The notes beneath the pieces were generated by a model. That model did no database searches. It had not been told where the DNA came from and saw only the letters and a list, made by a program, of their open reading frames with translations. Both the position numbers and the translations under genes were made by a program. From assembly GCA_024679065.1 (NCBI GenBank), contig JAGIQG010000006.1, positions 90,830,001 to 90,894,000 on the forward strand: a stretch of 64,000 nt of DNA, written 5' to 3'. Below are positions 26,780 to 40,800 of this stretch, in pieces (position 1 is the first letter of the stretch; the number at the start of each line of letters is the position of its first letter). The DNA comes from Sphyrna mokarran. Taxonomy: Eukaryota.

Positions 26780-27123
26780 AAATAATGGCACAGGAGGAGG
26801 GTAGATGCTATCCAGTTAATTCCTTTTCATTGGCTCTCTTTCTGTAGCCCTGAATTGAACTTTTTTTTAAGTTGAGGCATCTTTGTTCTTTTGCTAATTA
26901 ATTCGGTATCCTCTGATTACCAACCTGCCTGTTCACTATTAAATCCTTCATAAATCTCTCTTGGTCATCTTGATTCTAAGGAGTAGGACCTCAGTCTCTA
27001 GTCTCTGTATGCATGCTGCATATCTCTCGTATATCCCTGGCACCATTCTAGTAAATCCCTGCATGCTTTCCAAAGCCTTAACATCTCTGGAGTCCAGAGT
27101 TGGACTCGTGTTACTCTAACTGA
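26780..27123 (-). mobile_element. Old CR1 3' fragment, interrupted by a younger CR1; resumes ~28530-28560
   Basis: Typical antisense CR1 text ccctggcaccattctagtaaat...ccaaagccttaacatc...ccagagttggac...actctaactga; continues as gtttagcataa after 28530. Confidence 0.55.
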
Positions 27124-27124
27124 C

Positions 27125-28529
27125 GCTTGGAAGACTGGAAGATGGCAAATGTTGTCCCTTGTTCAAGAAGGGAAGTAGAGACCATCCTGGGAATTATAGA
27201 CCAGTGAGCCTTGCTTTTGTTGTGGGCAAAGTCTTTTTGGAAAGAATTATAATCATCTAGAGAGAAATAATTTGATTAGAGATAGTCAACACGGTTTTGT
27301 GAAGGATAGGTTGTACCTCACAAATCTTATCAAGTTCTTTTGAGAAGGTGACCAAAGAGGTGGATAAGGATAATGCAGCTGACGTGATGTATATGGATTT
27401 TAGCAAAGCGTTTGATAAGGTTTCCCATGGTAAGCTACTGCAGAAAATACTGATGCATGGGATTGAGGGTGCTTTAGTAGTTTGGATCAGGAATTGGCTA
27501 GCTGATAGAAGATGGTTGATGGGAAATATACAACCTGGAAGTCAGTTACAAGTGGTGTACTGCAAGGATCTATTTTGGGACCACTGCCGTTTGTCATTTT
27601 TATAAATGGCCTAGATAAGAGTGTCGAAGGATGGGTCAGTAAATTGCAGACAACACTAAAGTTGGAGGAGTTGTAGACAGTGAAGATGGATGTTACAGTT
27701 TGCAGGGGGACACAGATAAGCTGCACAGCTGGGCTGAGAAGTGGTAAATGGAGTTTAATGCAGAAAAGTATGAGGTAATTCACTTTGGAAAGACTAACAG
27801 GATTACAGAATATAGGGCTAGTGGAAGGACTCTTGGTAGTGTCGACGAGCAGAGAGAACTCGGTGTACGTGTGCATAAATCCCTGAAACTTGGCACCCAG
27901 GTTGATAAGGTTAAGGTGTATGGTGTTTTAGCTTTCATTGGTAGAGGGAATGAATTTCGGAGCTGTGAGATCATGTTGCAACTATATAAAATTCTGATGC
28001 AGGTATACTTGGAGTATTGCATACAGTTCTGATCGCTGCGTTATAAAAAAGATGTGGAAGCATTGGAAAGGGTGTAGAGGGGGTTTACCAGGATGTTTAC
28101 TGGTATGGTGGGAAGGTCTTATGAGGAAAGGCTGAGGGACTTGTTGTTTTTGTTAGAGAGAAAGTGGCTAAGAGTTGACCTATTTGAGGTATACAGAATG
28201 ATCAGAAGACTAGATAGGGTGGGCAGTGAGAGCCTTTTTCCTCGGATGGTGATGGCTAACAGGAGGGGACATAGCTTTAAATTGAAGGGTGATAGTTATA
28301 GGACGGATGTCAGAGGTAGGTTCTTTACTCCGAATAGTAAAGGACGTGGAATACCCTGCCTGCAGCAGTTGTGGACATGCCAACTTTAAAGGTGTTCAAA
28401 AGGTCAGCGATAGACGTATGGATAACATTGGAATAGTTTAGGTTAGAGGGTCATTAGATTGGTTCCACTGGTTGGTGCAACATTGAGGGCTGAAGGGCCT
28501 GTATTGCACTATAATGTTCTTTGTTCTAA
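27125..28529 (+). mobile_element. 5'-truncated CR1 LINE (RT domain plus 3' UTR), pseudogenised
   Basis: EDWKMANVVP..KKGSRDHPGNYRPVSL, QHGF, YMDFSKAFDKVSHGKL, MEFNAEKYEVIHFG, RGHSFKL; several stops and frameshifts; 3' tail gggctgaagggcctgta...tgttct. Confidence 0.92.
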
Positions 28530-30668
28530 TGAAGTTTAGCATAATGTCCTTTTTGTAGGCCTTTATTTCTTAGTAAGGGTCAGAATTATTTTTTAATAGC
28601 CATCTCAACTCCTCCTCTGAAATACATCACTTCACATTTCAGTTAAGTTGCATCTGAAATATTTTATTTTTCCTGTTTGCCTTTTTCGTTTGTCCTTTAA
28701 GTTTTTTATTTTGATTGTCATCGGCAATGAGCCTTCAGTATCTTTGAGCTTAAATCCAGGACACGCCTTTATTCATCCTTCCCATGTCTTGGGTTGTTGC
28801 GTATCCTCATTGTTCTGATGGCTTTGTTTCATGGTTTGGAAGATTGAGTGCGTGATTCATATTTTGCACTTTTCTAGAATGAAACAGCGCATGCAGGGAG
28901 TTAACTCCATTAACTACTGATAAGTATTAACATCCACCGCCACCATTCTTTCCCGCCTGCTTTATTTTTTCACCTCCTTATATTACTGATGTCTGAAGCT
29001 TGCTTATTGTCTCCAATTCTGATGGTTCATGCTATCTTTAAACTGTAAGATCTTGATTGACTTTCCTGAATCTTGTTTTGTAATTGCACTTGCTAACTTG
29101 ATATTTACTCTTGAATACAACACAAGTACAGATGACTTCTGTTTTTCATAACAGGGAAATACTATTTAATATGAATTCTTCTAGTCCAATTGAAGCCTGA
29201 CCGCATCTCTTCTGACTTAATACTGTGTTTGATCTGCCACAAATACTAATAGGGATATAGAATGCAGAAGGTGACCATTCAGCCTTAGTATGTTTAATTT
29301 TTAACCTAGTTTCAAATAGCCATAGACCTTGATCAAAATCCTACATCATACGGTCCGAGAACATAGTGATTGCTCCAGATCCTGGTGCTTGGCTTCAAGT
29401 GGATTGTAATGTGTTCCTGGGGATTTACTTCACATTACTCCCTTGTTTTTCATTTTCTGTAAGATTTTAAATATTTCATTAGAGAGTTTATTTGGGTTTT
29501 CCTCATTAGTGATAGACTCCCCTTTTAATCACTGGACTTGTCTGATCCTACAGGAGAGCTTGTATACAGAATGCATTGAATGGTGTGCAGCACAAATAGG
29601 CTATTGAATCTGACCTGCCCCTTGGCTAAAAGGGAATGTGGGACAAGATGACAGTTTGTCGGGCAGTATTTGTTCAAATGGACTGATACTTAGATTTTTT
29701 TTTCCCAGAAGTTGTGCAAAAGAAAACCGGAAGCTTTTGCCTTAGGACGTGAAGCAAGTATTTGAACCTAGATCTCCAGCTCCTAATGCTACCTCCGTAG
29801 TGCAGGGATTCATAAAAATTGGCTTCATTTGGATTGGTTTATCCATAAACTATTTCTGAATTTTAGTTTCATGCGAGTGCCAGGAATGTGTTTGGTATGC
29901 AAAGATGCCTAGAACTCTGTAGTGCGGCATGTTCAAATCATGTGGTTGATTTGAACAATTGTACTGATTTTTGAGCAAATGTGAGGTGGGTAGATGAATT
30001 AATTTTAATGTGCTAAACTATGAAAAGATTGGGCAGTTTTTTCCCCAAAGCAATCTGCATAAGCTGCATTTTCTTGAAAGTGAAGCAAACTAAAATTGTT
30101 CTGGCACAAGCCACAAATTCCATTAGTGTGAACTGAGTTGTGGAATTTAGCTGGTTAGGTTTGTTGCAATAATAAAACTAATGTCTGGTGCCTAAAACTA
30201 CCTGTGAATTTCACATTAAATGTATATAACTTGCATAATGAAACAAAATTTAATTAATCTCTTCTGCAAATCAAATTTCCCAGGCTTGTCAATTATTCCT
30301 TGCACTAGCAATCTAGTGGCATAACAACTAAATGCCCTAAAGGAAAGTGCACTCCCAACTTCATGGATGAGGAATGGTTCCTCCTGATTTCTTATAGTTA
30401 TGATCACTATAAATGCTGATCATGCTGTTCCTTTATTCCTTGCCATTTTGGATGTATAATGCTGTTAATTGTGAAAAGAAAAGCTTGAATATGTAAGGAG
30501 TAATGAAATCTAAGATTCTAGGAAGTGCTTGTGATAATGTAGTCTGCGTGGTTAGCTCTATAAACAGGGATATTTTTTCCAAAAGAAAAACAAAAAAAAC
30601 TTAATATTGCCTACACAGTTGTAGAGTAATGAAATGAGCAAAGAGCAAAATGGCAGTTGGTTTGGTTT

Positions 30669-30994
30669 GGCACAGTAGTAGTGGTTCGCACTGCTGCTTC
30701 AGAGCTCCATGGACCTGGGTTCAATCACAGCTCGGGTCACTGGGTTTTGCATGTTCTCCTTGTGTCTGTGGGTTTTCTCAGGGTAATCATGTTTCCTCCC
30801 ACAGTCCAAAGATGTGTGGGTTAGGTTGATCGGCCATGCTAAAATTGTTCCTTTTAGTGTCCTGGGATGTGTAGGTTAGAGAGATTAGCAGGTAAATATA
30901 TAGGGATATGGATGTAGGGTTTGGGTGGGACCTTGGTCTGTGCAGACTCGGTGGGCCGAGTGGCCTGTTTCTGAACTGTAGGGATTCTATGATT
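30669..30994 (+). mobile_element. HE1/V-SINE-like tRNA SINE
   Basis: tRNA head (gtggttcgcactgctgc; B-box gggttcaatc), V-domain tttgcatgttctcc...tttcctcccacagtccaaagatgtg, CR1-derived tail gggccgagtggcctg...gattctatgatt. Confidence 0.85.
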
Positions 30995-33020
30995 AAGTCT
31001 GGCTCAATTTAGATTGCTTATGCTTGACTATCCATATCTGGAATCACAAATGGGAAGTGGTTGTCTGAGGTTTGGGTCTGTACTAAATTTTTTGAAATCT
31101 GCAGTGCACTTAGTTGGCTACTTTGGAGCGTATAGGGCAACATAGCAAGTTATATTTGTATAACACCTTTGTTCCCTGAAATATCTGCACTTCATGACTA
31201 TTTGCTTTTTGAAGCGCAATTACTAAAGAAATTCAGCAGCTACACAGCAGAGCAAACTGCCTCACAAATAACAAATGGTATTATTCTCTGTATTGAATTA
31301 AGGGGAAAACTGCTCACAAAGCAAGAGAACTATCTTATTGTACTCTTATGTCACTCAGGCAGAAGATGGTGCCCTAATTTAATACATGAAAGTTTTGATA
31401 GTGGATTATATAGTGTTTCTGGGGGTTTCTAAAGCGTCACATGGCATTACTGCTTCATCTTTCCATTTTCTGGAAAACACAAATATTCCTAAAATTAAAA
31501 TGTTTTGAGATTTTTTGAGTGCCAGATCTATCTATTCTTATCCAACGGCAGTGTTTGAATGTGTAGCAGTCATTTGGCTGCCAATTCAGCCATGCTGGTA
31601 CAAGTTCAAGCAACAAGGTGAAATTTAACTTGAATTTTTCACTTAAAGTAGGTACCGAAAATTGTTGGGTGGTGAAAGATTTTTGGATCAATTTCTGCAA
31701 CTTGGAAGAGCTGTTATCTACAGACCTTGCTTCTCCTTTGGATAGAAGATCGAGTGCTGATTTTTGAAACTGTTGCCACGTGAAGTGGTAGAGAATCTCT
31801 CAACATCTACATCATTAATATACATAAAGCTGTGTTTTGATATGTTGGGCTTTATCTCTTGTCTCCAATTTCTTTTAAACATTGGAATTCCATAAGCTCA
31901 GTGAGAATTTAGTTTCACTTTTGTGCTGATGTTATTCAAGTCTAGATATATTTACATAATTTGAAATTTAGTTTTAAATGATCTGTAACAGATTTTCTCT
32001 CATCATTTGGAAAAAGGATCCTCCGAATTGGGTAACTGTGAATGTCCCTTGTAATTGTAGCATCTTGCCAGGCCTTTTCAATGCTCAAAAGTTGTTTTTG
32101 AGCTAACTGAATAGGTTTCCCTTAAAAGGTGGATATGCAATTCGAAGTATTATGTATCAAGTAATGTCTTACTTCACTAACAGCACTCTTGAGTTTACCT
32201 ACACAACAGACTGCAGTGGTTCAAGGAGTAGCTCTCCACCACCACTGCCAAGAGCAATTATGGATCATAAATATTGTCCAATAATGTCCAATAGATATTA
32301 GCTGAGCTAAAGATGCTCATATCCCATGAATGCTACTCAATGTTGGTAAAACCTGATAATCTGAAGTGCTGTGCTTTCTGTTGAATGGGATTCTTGGATA
32401 TGGGAACTGATTCCCTTCAAGGCACACTTATAAGTTTTGGATGTTTTCAGCTACAAATGCTGGTGTGATATCTTGGCATTGTACTCCTTTGGTAGGTTTA
32501 CTTTACATCACAAACAAAAATAATGTTCAGTATGAACAGATGCTGGCCTTGATGTTAAACACTTATGTAACCAGTAACAAGATTTGTTTTTGGTGATCTG
32601 CCTTGGATGACCAAATGATTGGAGGTCCAGCATGAAGTGTTAATGGCAAAGTGTTTAGTTTATAAATACTTGAATCGTTATTGTGTGTCTGAAAAACAGC
32701 CATTTTGTCTTTAAGGCCTGCAGTCCATTTGAGAAAACTGCTTACAAACATTTTTGTTTAGAAATTGAGACCACCCTAACCAAGTAAAAATTTCTTTTTT
32801 TTCATTATGCTATTTGCTTAATCCATTGTCTAAACATAAGTATTGTTACAATCTCCATCTTCATTTGAGCTTCAGCTAACAGCGAGAGGATGATTTGTTA
32901 AGATTTCATCTTTTTAAAACTTAAGACTTCAATGAGACTCCCTCCTACATTGGCAGCCCAAGACACTTTTTCTCTCTGCTGACGGCACAGAATTGCTTTC
33001 TGTGATGTTTGTTTTGTAAT

Positions 33021-33557
33021 GAACAAAGAATTAAAAATTACAGCATAGGGACAGGCCTTTCAAGTCTGCACTGACCATGTTGCCCACCTGAACTAAAAAT
33101 TCCCCACGCTCCTGGGACCATATCCCTCAATTCCCATGTTATTCATGTACTGGTCAAGACACCCCTTTTAAAAGTTACTATTGTAGCTACTTCCACTATC
33201 TCCCCTCGCAGCACATTTCCAGTACCCACTACCCTCTGTGGTGGGAGGGGGGAATCTTGCTCCTTGCACCTTAAATCTATGCCCCCTAATAATTGACTTT
33301 TACACCCTGGGGAAAAAGCTTCTGACTGTCTATTCTGTCTTTGCCCCTCATCTTAGACTTTTTTTTCAGGTTGCCGCAACCTCTATCGTTCCAGTGAGAA
33401 CAAACCCAATCTCATCAACCTCCTCTATGCCAGGCAACATCCTGAAATCTTTTCTGTGTCCTTCAAAGCCTCCATGTCCTTCTAGGAGTCTGGCAACCAA
33501 TATTGAACATTATATTACAAATAGGGCCTACCAATGTTCTATATAGCTATAACATGA
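33021..33557 (-). mobile_element. CR1 3' end fragment
   Basis: gaacaaagaa...acagcatagggacaggcc (reverse complement of a CR1 tail), then caccttaaatctatgccccct and ccaggcaacatcctg. Confidence 0.75.
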
Positions 33558-33659
33558 GTGAAGCCAGTAATGCATATCTCAATGGCTTTCTCTGCCTGTT
33601 CCCCATGGCATTGCGAAACATAACTGTGTATCTAGAAATGCTAATTAACTATCTTGATT

Positions 33660-34055
33660 CCAATTTCTTTGGTTTAAAACACATTACCTTCAACATCACT
33701 GGGACTTGTGGTGACTTGGTCTCTAGGTTTGCAACAAGTACGCTACTTTGATTTTCCTCAATATTAAGCTGACCGGTCTATAATTCCATTTCCTCTTTGT
33801 CCCATTTTAAGTAGTGGTGTTAACGATCCTCTAGTCTGTAGGAACTATTTCAGAGTCTATAGAATCTTTGAAGATGACCACAACATGCCTGATATTTCAA
33901 GGTCTATTTAAGTACTCTGAGGGGTAGATAATTAGCCCCCAGGGGATTTATCAGGCTTAATCCCATCAGTTTCCCCAATGCCATTTCTTTATTAATACTG
34001 ATTTCCTTCAGTTTCTCTGCCTCTCTAAACCCCCTAATCCTGAACATTTCTGATA
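33660..34055 (-). mobile_element. CR1 internal fragment (EN-RT linker)
   Basis: Minus ORF KLKEISINKEMALGKLMGL..NPLGA..LPLRVLK and ctgaccggtctataatt (reverse of NYRPVS). Confidence 0.7.
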
Positions 34056-34539
34056 TTATTTGTACTCTCTTTTTAAAAAAAAAAGCACTCCATAACTTCA
34101 TCAGTGACCTAACACTGATTTTTGATTTGATTTTATTGTGCACTAATACATGTGATAATGAAAAGTATTGTTTCTTGCGCACCCTACAACCAAAACATAC
34201 CACTCAGAAGGAAACTAGTGATTGCAGAATGTACTATTAGTTATAGTTGGGGTGTGGAGAAAGAAGAACATAATGCAAAGTAGCTACTATTGTCTAAGTA
34301 TAAATCCCTTCCTTAACCTCTTGCAGACTGTAGAACAGATAACATGACACCTTTTTATTTACCTCAAGGCAGTACTTCAACTAGCCATCTAAGCCATTTT
34401 TCAATATTTAAAAAAAAAAAGTCTCCATTTCAATCACTGACTTAAGTCTTCTAAATCTAAATATTCCGCTTCACCACTACAAGCACTGATTCTATCTATT
34501 CTGCCTCATTTCTCCCAAAACCTCAGCTAAATATTTCCG

Positions 34540-35720
34540 GTACTGCAAAATACTGAAAAAGCAGGTCAGGGAGCATTTGTGGAGTGAGTTGATGCTTCAG
34601 GTTAATTACCTTTTTCATTAGAACTGAAGAAAGATGGGAATGGTAAGTGTTTTGGAAGGAGGGCAGTGGAGATTAGCTTTTCACCATTAAAATGGTCAAG
34701 GGCATAATAACAATCACAGGATTGTTTCAACATGGGAGGCAATTCACCATTTTGTCTGCACCAGTTCTCCAAATGAGCAATTCACTTTGCCATTCTCTTG
34801 CTGCCTTTCTGCAACCTTGCAGAATCTATCTTTTTCAAAAGTTTATTTCCTTTTGCATGCTTTGATAAAACCTGGTTCTGCCATTCATTGCAGGGCATTC
34901 TATTCTATGACCACTCGTGGCATGAAGTGGAGTTTCCTTGTTTTCATCAGTGATTTTTAAACCCATGCTTCCTCTCTTGCACTATTGAGAACAATTTTTT
35001 CCTATCTTCTGTGTCCAGACCCCTTGTGATTTTTGAACATGGCTATGGTCCCAACTTTTCTAATCTACCATCATAACTTTTATGTCCAAATGAGGCATGT
35101 ATGGCTACATAAAAACTGTCATGAAAGGATAAATAAACTAGACAGACCGAACTCAAATAAAAATGCATCGTACCTGTCACCAATGTTGTGAAAGGGGAAT
35201 ACAGTATATGAAATTGTAAAGTGCAAGTTCATCTGGAAAGTGGAGCTCAAGACAGTTGCTGCATCTCCTGCTGCTGAATGGAAAGGTGCCTAAGGAATGA
35301 CATGTTGGGAGTAATTGAAGAATGATATGGATATAGAACTAAATGATCCCTTTGTTCAGAGTGCTGAAAGGGGAGAGGAAAGATGTTAGGTTGCATTGCA
35401 CCAGAAGAAATGACAGAGGATGATCTGTTGGTTAGAGGCTGGTGGGATGGGAGGGAAGGGCAAGTGGAAACCTGTCTGGGTTCTGGGAGGAAAGCTGAGA
35501 GCAGTAGTGCATGAAAAGGACCTGGGGTGGGAATCCTCAGCTGAGGAATAAAGCAACCCTATCAGAGGAAGTCTCTACAAGAAGCAAGTGAAGGATAATG
35601 TAGACTAGATAGTTATGGGTTTGCATAGATCTTGAAACGAAGTTGAAGTCATAGTTAGGAAAGGTTGGCCATTGAACTTCCTAGTCAAGAATCTGTCCGT
35701 TCCCAAACTTGAACTGGCTG
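34540..35720. mobile_element. Penelope-like element remnants interleaved with a short CR1 tail (~34710-35070)
   Basis: Terminal-repeat-like text aaatactgaaaaagcaggtcagggagcatttgtggag...tcaggttaattacctttt..cattagaactg and G-rich decayed body 35240-35600; family assignment from memory only. Confidence 0.35.
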
Positions 35721-37269
35721 CACTTTTGTGTCACACGTATTGCTCCAATAGTGAGGGAAATAGTATAGCTCAGTATTCTAAAATTGGAAAGATTTTTAGT
35801 GTTTTTTCTTGTGCAGTTATCAATGTAATTATCAATAGGTGTTATCTGTGGGATGTAACTGGAGTTCTTACTGATCTGTTTCGTTGGAACACTTGACTTC
35901 AGTTCGTGCTTGATACTACCAATCACTCTTCCTACCCCCACTTTTTTCCTCTTGCTTCCCTTTCTCCAGAAACACATCTTGGACAAGATTCTGTGGGTTC
36001 AGTAGAATAGATATGTACTGTAAACTTTAAAGTAATGCTCCTAGTCTGGTGGTAGCATTTTTCAAATAATTTGCTTGCCAGAAAATATTTGCACATCTCT
36101 CTCTCCTTTTTGGAGATGACAAAAATGTAGCTAGTTATTCCAAGTAATTTGACTTGTTAAATCATATATAGAGGTGGTAGAACCAGGGCAGATTGCTTCA
36201 TACAAGTTCAGACATTGAACCCTGGGCTAAATAGGCATTTGAAGGAATGCAATGCAAATTCACCAAGGCACTAAGAGGTTAGATTAAGAAAAGGGGCTGT
36301 GTAAATTAGGCTTTTATCCCCTGGAATGTACAAAAATTAAAGGGCAATAGAATTTTGGGTGGTGGAAGAAAAGAGGAGTTAGGATGGGCCAGAGAAACAT
36401 TTATTGATAAGAAGTGGTGGAAATGTAACACTCTAGCACAAAGCCAAACACTCTAACACAAAATCTTGAATACTGATTAGCCATAATTGTAATAGAATAG
36501 TGAAATAAGCTTGAAAGAATAGTGAACAAATTAACGTGTTCTTATAAGCAGGAAAACATATCAGCATTGTTGACTTGTATGTATCAAATTACATATTGCT
36601 TATTTCAGACTAACTAGATGAATAAAATGCAGCCTTAAATCTTAGAATCATCAGGAGCCTTGTGCAGCAAAACTGAATTTGTCAAATGGTGGAACCCTAT
36701 CCAATAGCTTACTGAAAGCAAGCATTTGGAACCTAATAAACCTAGATCACCACACTTATCACCAAAAACAAAAGTTATTGGTGCATTCAAGTTTACCTTT
36801 TTGTATCATTTCAATAGTAGATTATCTTTTTTCACTTTCCTGCTAAAATTGGGAAACATTACAAGATGGGAGGGAGCTATTTTGGATTAACTTGAGACAT
36901 TGACTAGGTTGAATTATGATTGCATGGCTTTAATTCTGATCAGTGTTTAGTGAAAGTTTACAGATCTGAATAATAACTGATGTTTTAAGTGCAATATAAT
37001 TGAAATGACAGACTTGAGACTAATAGTTTGACTCCAAATACAATTGTGATTTTAGTGATTCTATAATGAAATGCAGGACTCAGCTTTGGTTAAAATCGTT
37101 ATTTAGGAACAGTTGTGATTTATGCAAGATCTTTTTATAAAAATGCCAAATCCTTGGCCTTGATCCAGGCTACTCTAGGACTAGAAAGGAAAAGAGTAAA
37201 ATCCATGGAAGACGAGCTCAAAATTTACTTGGTGTTGTATCGTCCTTAATTGTTTTTGAAGTGGTCAGT

Positions 37270-37593
37270 ATTAACCAGGCTAGTATTTACTGCCTATTTC
37301 CAGTTTCCCTGAAAGTGATGACAGTAACAATTTTTGCTTGGACACAGTTTAAAGTCCTTCACGTTGATGCAGGTCCAAAGTTGCACATAAGGCAGATTAG
37401 GAAAAGGACAGCAGGTTTCCTTCCTTAAAGGAACTTTACTATAATTCTGCTTCATGGCCATTTTCAATGATGCCAGTTTTCTTGTTTGTATACTTTAGAG
37501 AATTCATAAACTGTCTTAGGTTTGAGAGACTAATTCTCAAAACTTTTAATTAGGTCTAACAGTGAGTGACTGCCTTCTATAATGTACTACCAC
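37270..37593 (-). mobile_element. Decayed tRNA SINE (59461 family), ~120 nt upstream of exon 37716
   Basis: gctagtatttactgcc (tail, reverse), ggacagcaggtttccttccttaaagg (reverse of tagggaaggaaatctgc) and ttcatggcc. Confidence 0.5.
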
Positions 37594-37669
37594 AAAATTA
37601 ACATTAGTTTGGAGAGGTGATTGGAATGATGTACAGTGATTTGATAGTTCACTTACGCTGTTAATATAG

Positions 37670-37876
<207 letters not shown>

Positions 37877-40800
37877 TGATCTGGTCTAAAATCTTTGGTC
37901 AGAATTTGAGGTCATTATATTCCATCTTCAGTGAATCTGCCATGCATTGTTGGTTGAAGCAGGTAGGTGACCTCTTGTACCTTCAGCGCTTGAGCAAGGC
38001 ACCAAGACTTGAAGGGCTTCAAATCATTTCCTCAGCTGACTGGTATTGACCAACTAAAATTGAGATGAGGTGCAGATCTGCAATTCAAACCTGATTCCCA
38101 CAGAAAAGTACAATGTGATTAGGTAGTCTTGATGAGAAATGCAAATTATCTGCATATCTAAGGGATCTTTCCAATACCCAGTTTGTTCTATGGCCTTGAC
38201 CAGTGACACTGAAATATTTGATCATTATTTGAACATTACGGGTGTTCAGCTGAGATTTCCATGCTGGCCACCATTCCATGTAGCTTGTGTGGTACTGGAA
38301 CTTACTGCACCTTGTTTGTTTTAAGGGGATGCTTCCTTGCTTTTCGGCTGCAGTTCACAACAATGTATTTTACTCAATCATTTGGCATAAAGGGTGAACA
38401 GATAAGAACTTGAGCAAAATCGAGGATGAAGAATATGAAGACTTACTGGTTGTGACTGTGCAGGGTCCATTGATTTGTCAGAAATTTTGGGATTTAAGAA
38501 CACTTCGGGAAATCAGCTGGGCTGTCAATCATTATGCTCTTATTTGGATGTCTTCAACTTTTCAGAAGTCCAATTAGCCTTGCCTGTCGCTATCCCAGTG
38601 GCTTGACAATGATCACTATCAGATTTTGTAGCATTGACTTTATTTAAAAATAGATATTTTTCCAGCTTTCATTCTGGACAGACGAGTTGCTGTCAGCTAG
38701 ATGTTTGAGAACTAAAAGTCTGCATGGACACTTCCATTTCCATTTTCTTTGTCTGCCCAATAATCTAATCTTATTCTGCCTGTTTCTGGTGCATTAGGAA
38801 ATCTGACAACTGTCCCTTATCCATGAAGAAATCAATTGTCCTAACCAATGCTGTGCCTCCTGCTAATAGCTGGTACTTTTGCAGGAAGAAAATTTGACTT
38901 CACATTTGGAGCAATGGATTTCAGATGGTCATGTGCACTGAAATACAAAAATGAAGTTAAATCATTTTCTTGCCTTTTAACCTCATTCTCTCTCAACACT
39001 TGTTAGCAGAATCATGCTCCTGAAATGCAAAAGCAGTGCTGCAGAGTAAAATTATACTACTAGGCAGTGTACTCCTGTGAAATGTGGTGATTGTCCTGCC
39101 ACCTAGCTCTAATTCATCTTAAACTTTCAGATATTGAAAGCTGCTGGTAGTAAATAAATTTGTTTTAAGATCAGATTCCAAGGTCCCAAATCTGAAATAA
39201 GTATCAATACAGTCAGCTGTTGGCTCTTCATGGGAGAAATTCTTTTGTAGAAAGAAAACAATTTCCCTGAAAAAGTGAGGAGAGTTTGTGTGTGTGGTGG
39301 GGGTTGTCTGCACCAGCATTATGCCAGTTTTGCCCCTCGAGGTGCTTTGGTTACATGCTTGAATATGAGGGTAGTATTTGCTTGCCATCCAATGGCTTCT
39401 TTACTACAAAAAACGAGTGCTCCTAAATTGGATGTGGAATTTGACTCTTGATCTGAGAGAAACTATTAGTCCTCGAAGAGATGAAGGGTTCACTTCACAT
39501 CACACCTGGCTTGTAGCTTCTCGTGTAATTGTTTTTAAGTCTTTATAAATATGCAGTTGACTGAAGGTTAATTCAAAAATACAAATAAGCATTGAATAAC
39601 CAACTGAAAGTCAAGTAATCAGCACCCAGTTGAAAACGCCATTTACAGCACGGCATGCACTATATTGAAGAAATCACATTGTTCAATCTAATTAATTCAC
39701 TGCTATTTTTGAGTAGACAGATTGAAATAATTTGATATTTAAATTAGAAATCACCTTGTCTCTTCCCAGGATAGCCCAGCCACCACTGGTTTTACCTGAA
39801 GTTTACTAGTCTTAAAATTACTGAATTAACAAACTGTTTATATGTAAATGGTCCAACACACTGCCTACTGATCAATGCATTTGTTTTTAAAATACACCTA
39901 TAACATGAGAGAACTTGCAAACAAAAACTGCATGACTGACTTTTTGAGGGGGGGGAGTGGTAACAAAACAAACAGACACTGGTTCCTCCAAGTAAAAGGA
40001 GTTGCAATACTTCAATATTGTTGTGCTGAATAAACTTTTATGCTGGTTAGTAAAAATGGTGGGATGAAAGTTAGTAAGTTTTAGCAATGATAGCATTAAT
40101 CCACTGAAATAAACGGGGCGGCGGGGGGATGGCTAGAGAGAAAAGGAAATTGCATGCTGGAGTTTTCAAAGGGCAGGATGCAGTACCTATGTTCACAAGT
40201 AAATCTATTTTAAAGAGGCTTTGGAGGTGGGAAAGAAAACAAGTGATAAATTCAGCAGTGCAGTACATTTTTGAGGGCTGTTTCCTTAATAAATAATGCA
40301 ACTTTAGCTAATAACTTGTAATCTTCCTGTAGTTGATTTTTCTCCATTACAACAGTGGATGGATTGTTGTATTAGGGTTGCAACTAGATTTGGGTCATGA
40401 TAAACATTGCTAAATCACTGCCTTTGGCTACCTGTGACCTGAAGGGTGATCTATTAGAAGTAGACAGCTGAATTTTTAAATTACTTCAAACAAAAACTGA
40501 AGCTGCCACTGTTAAACTCATTGAATAGTAATCAAACTGGCTCCCAAGGAGGTACAAGATAGTAATGGTAGCTAAACTGTATTGCTTCACTTGTTTAACT
40601 CGGCTTTTAGCTATTTCTTGCCTAAATTTTATTTATCATGATATTGCATGGTCTCGTGGTTCTAAATTGAAAAGTTGCCAATATGGGGATAATGTCAAAG
40701 ATGAAAATGGAAGTAGAGTTGGCAATTTGGGGAACTTTAAGGGCTGAATAGCCTGCTATTTGTGTAGAGCAGCATATGTACAGAATGTCTAAAAGCAATT

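Noticed and set aside
27348-28389. Reverse-transcriptase ORFs as a possible functional or domesticated RT system
   Set aside because: Multiple stops and frameshifts with a standard CR1 3' tail; ordinary dead LINE copies (the same applies to 48234-49406).
30669-30740. tRNA-like A/B boxes here and at ~59461-59540 and ~17060-17125
   Set aside because: SINE heads followed by SINE bodies; no complete cloverleaf, so not tRNA genes.
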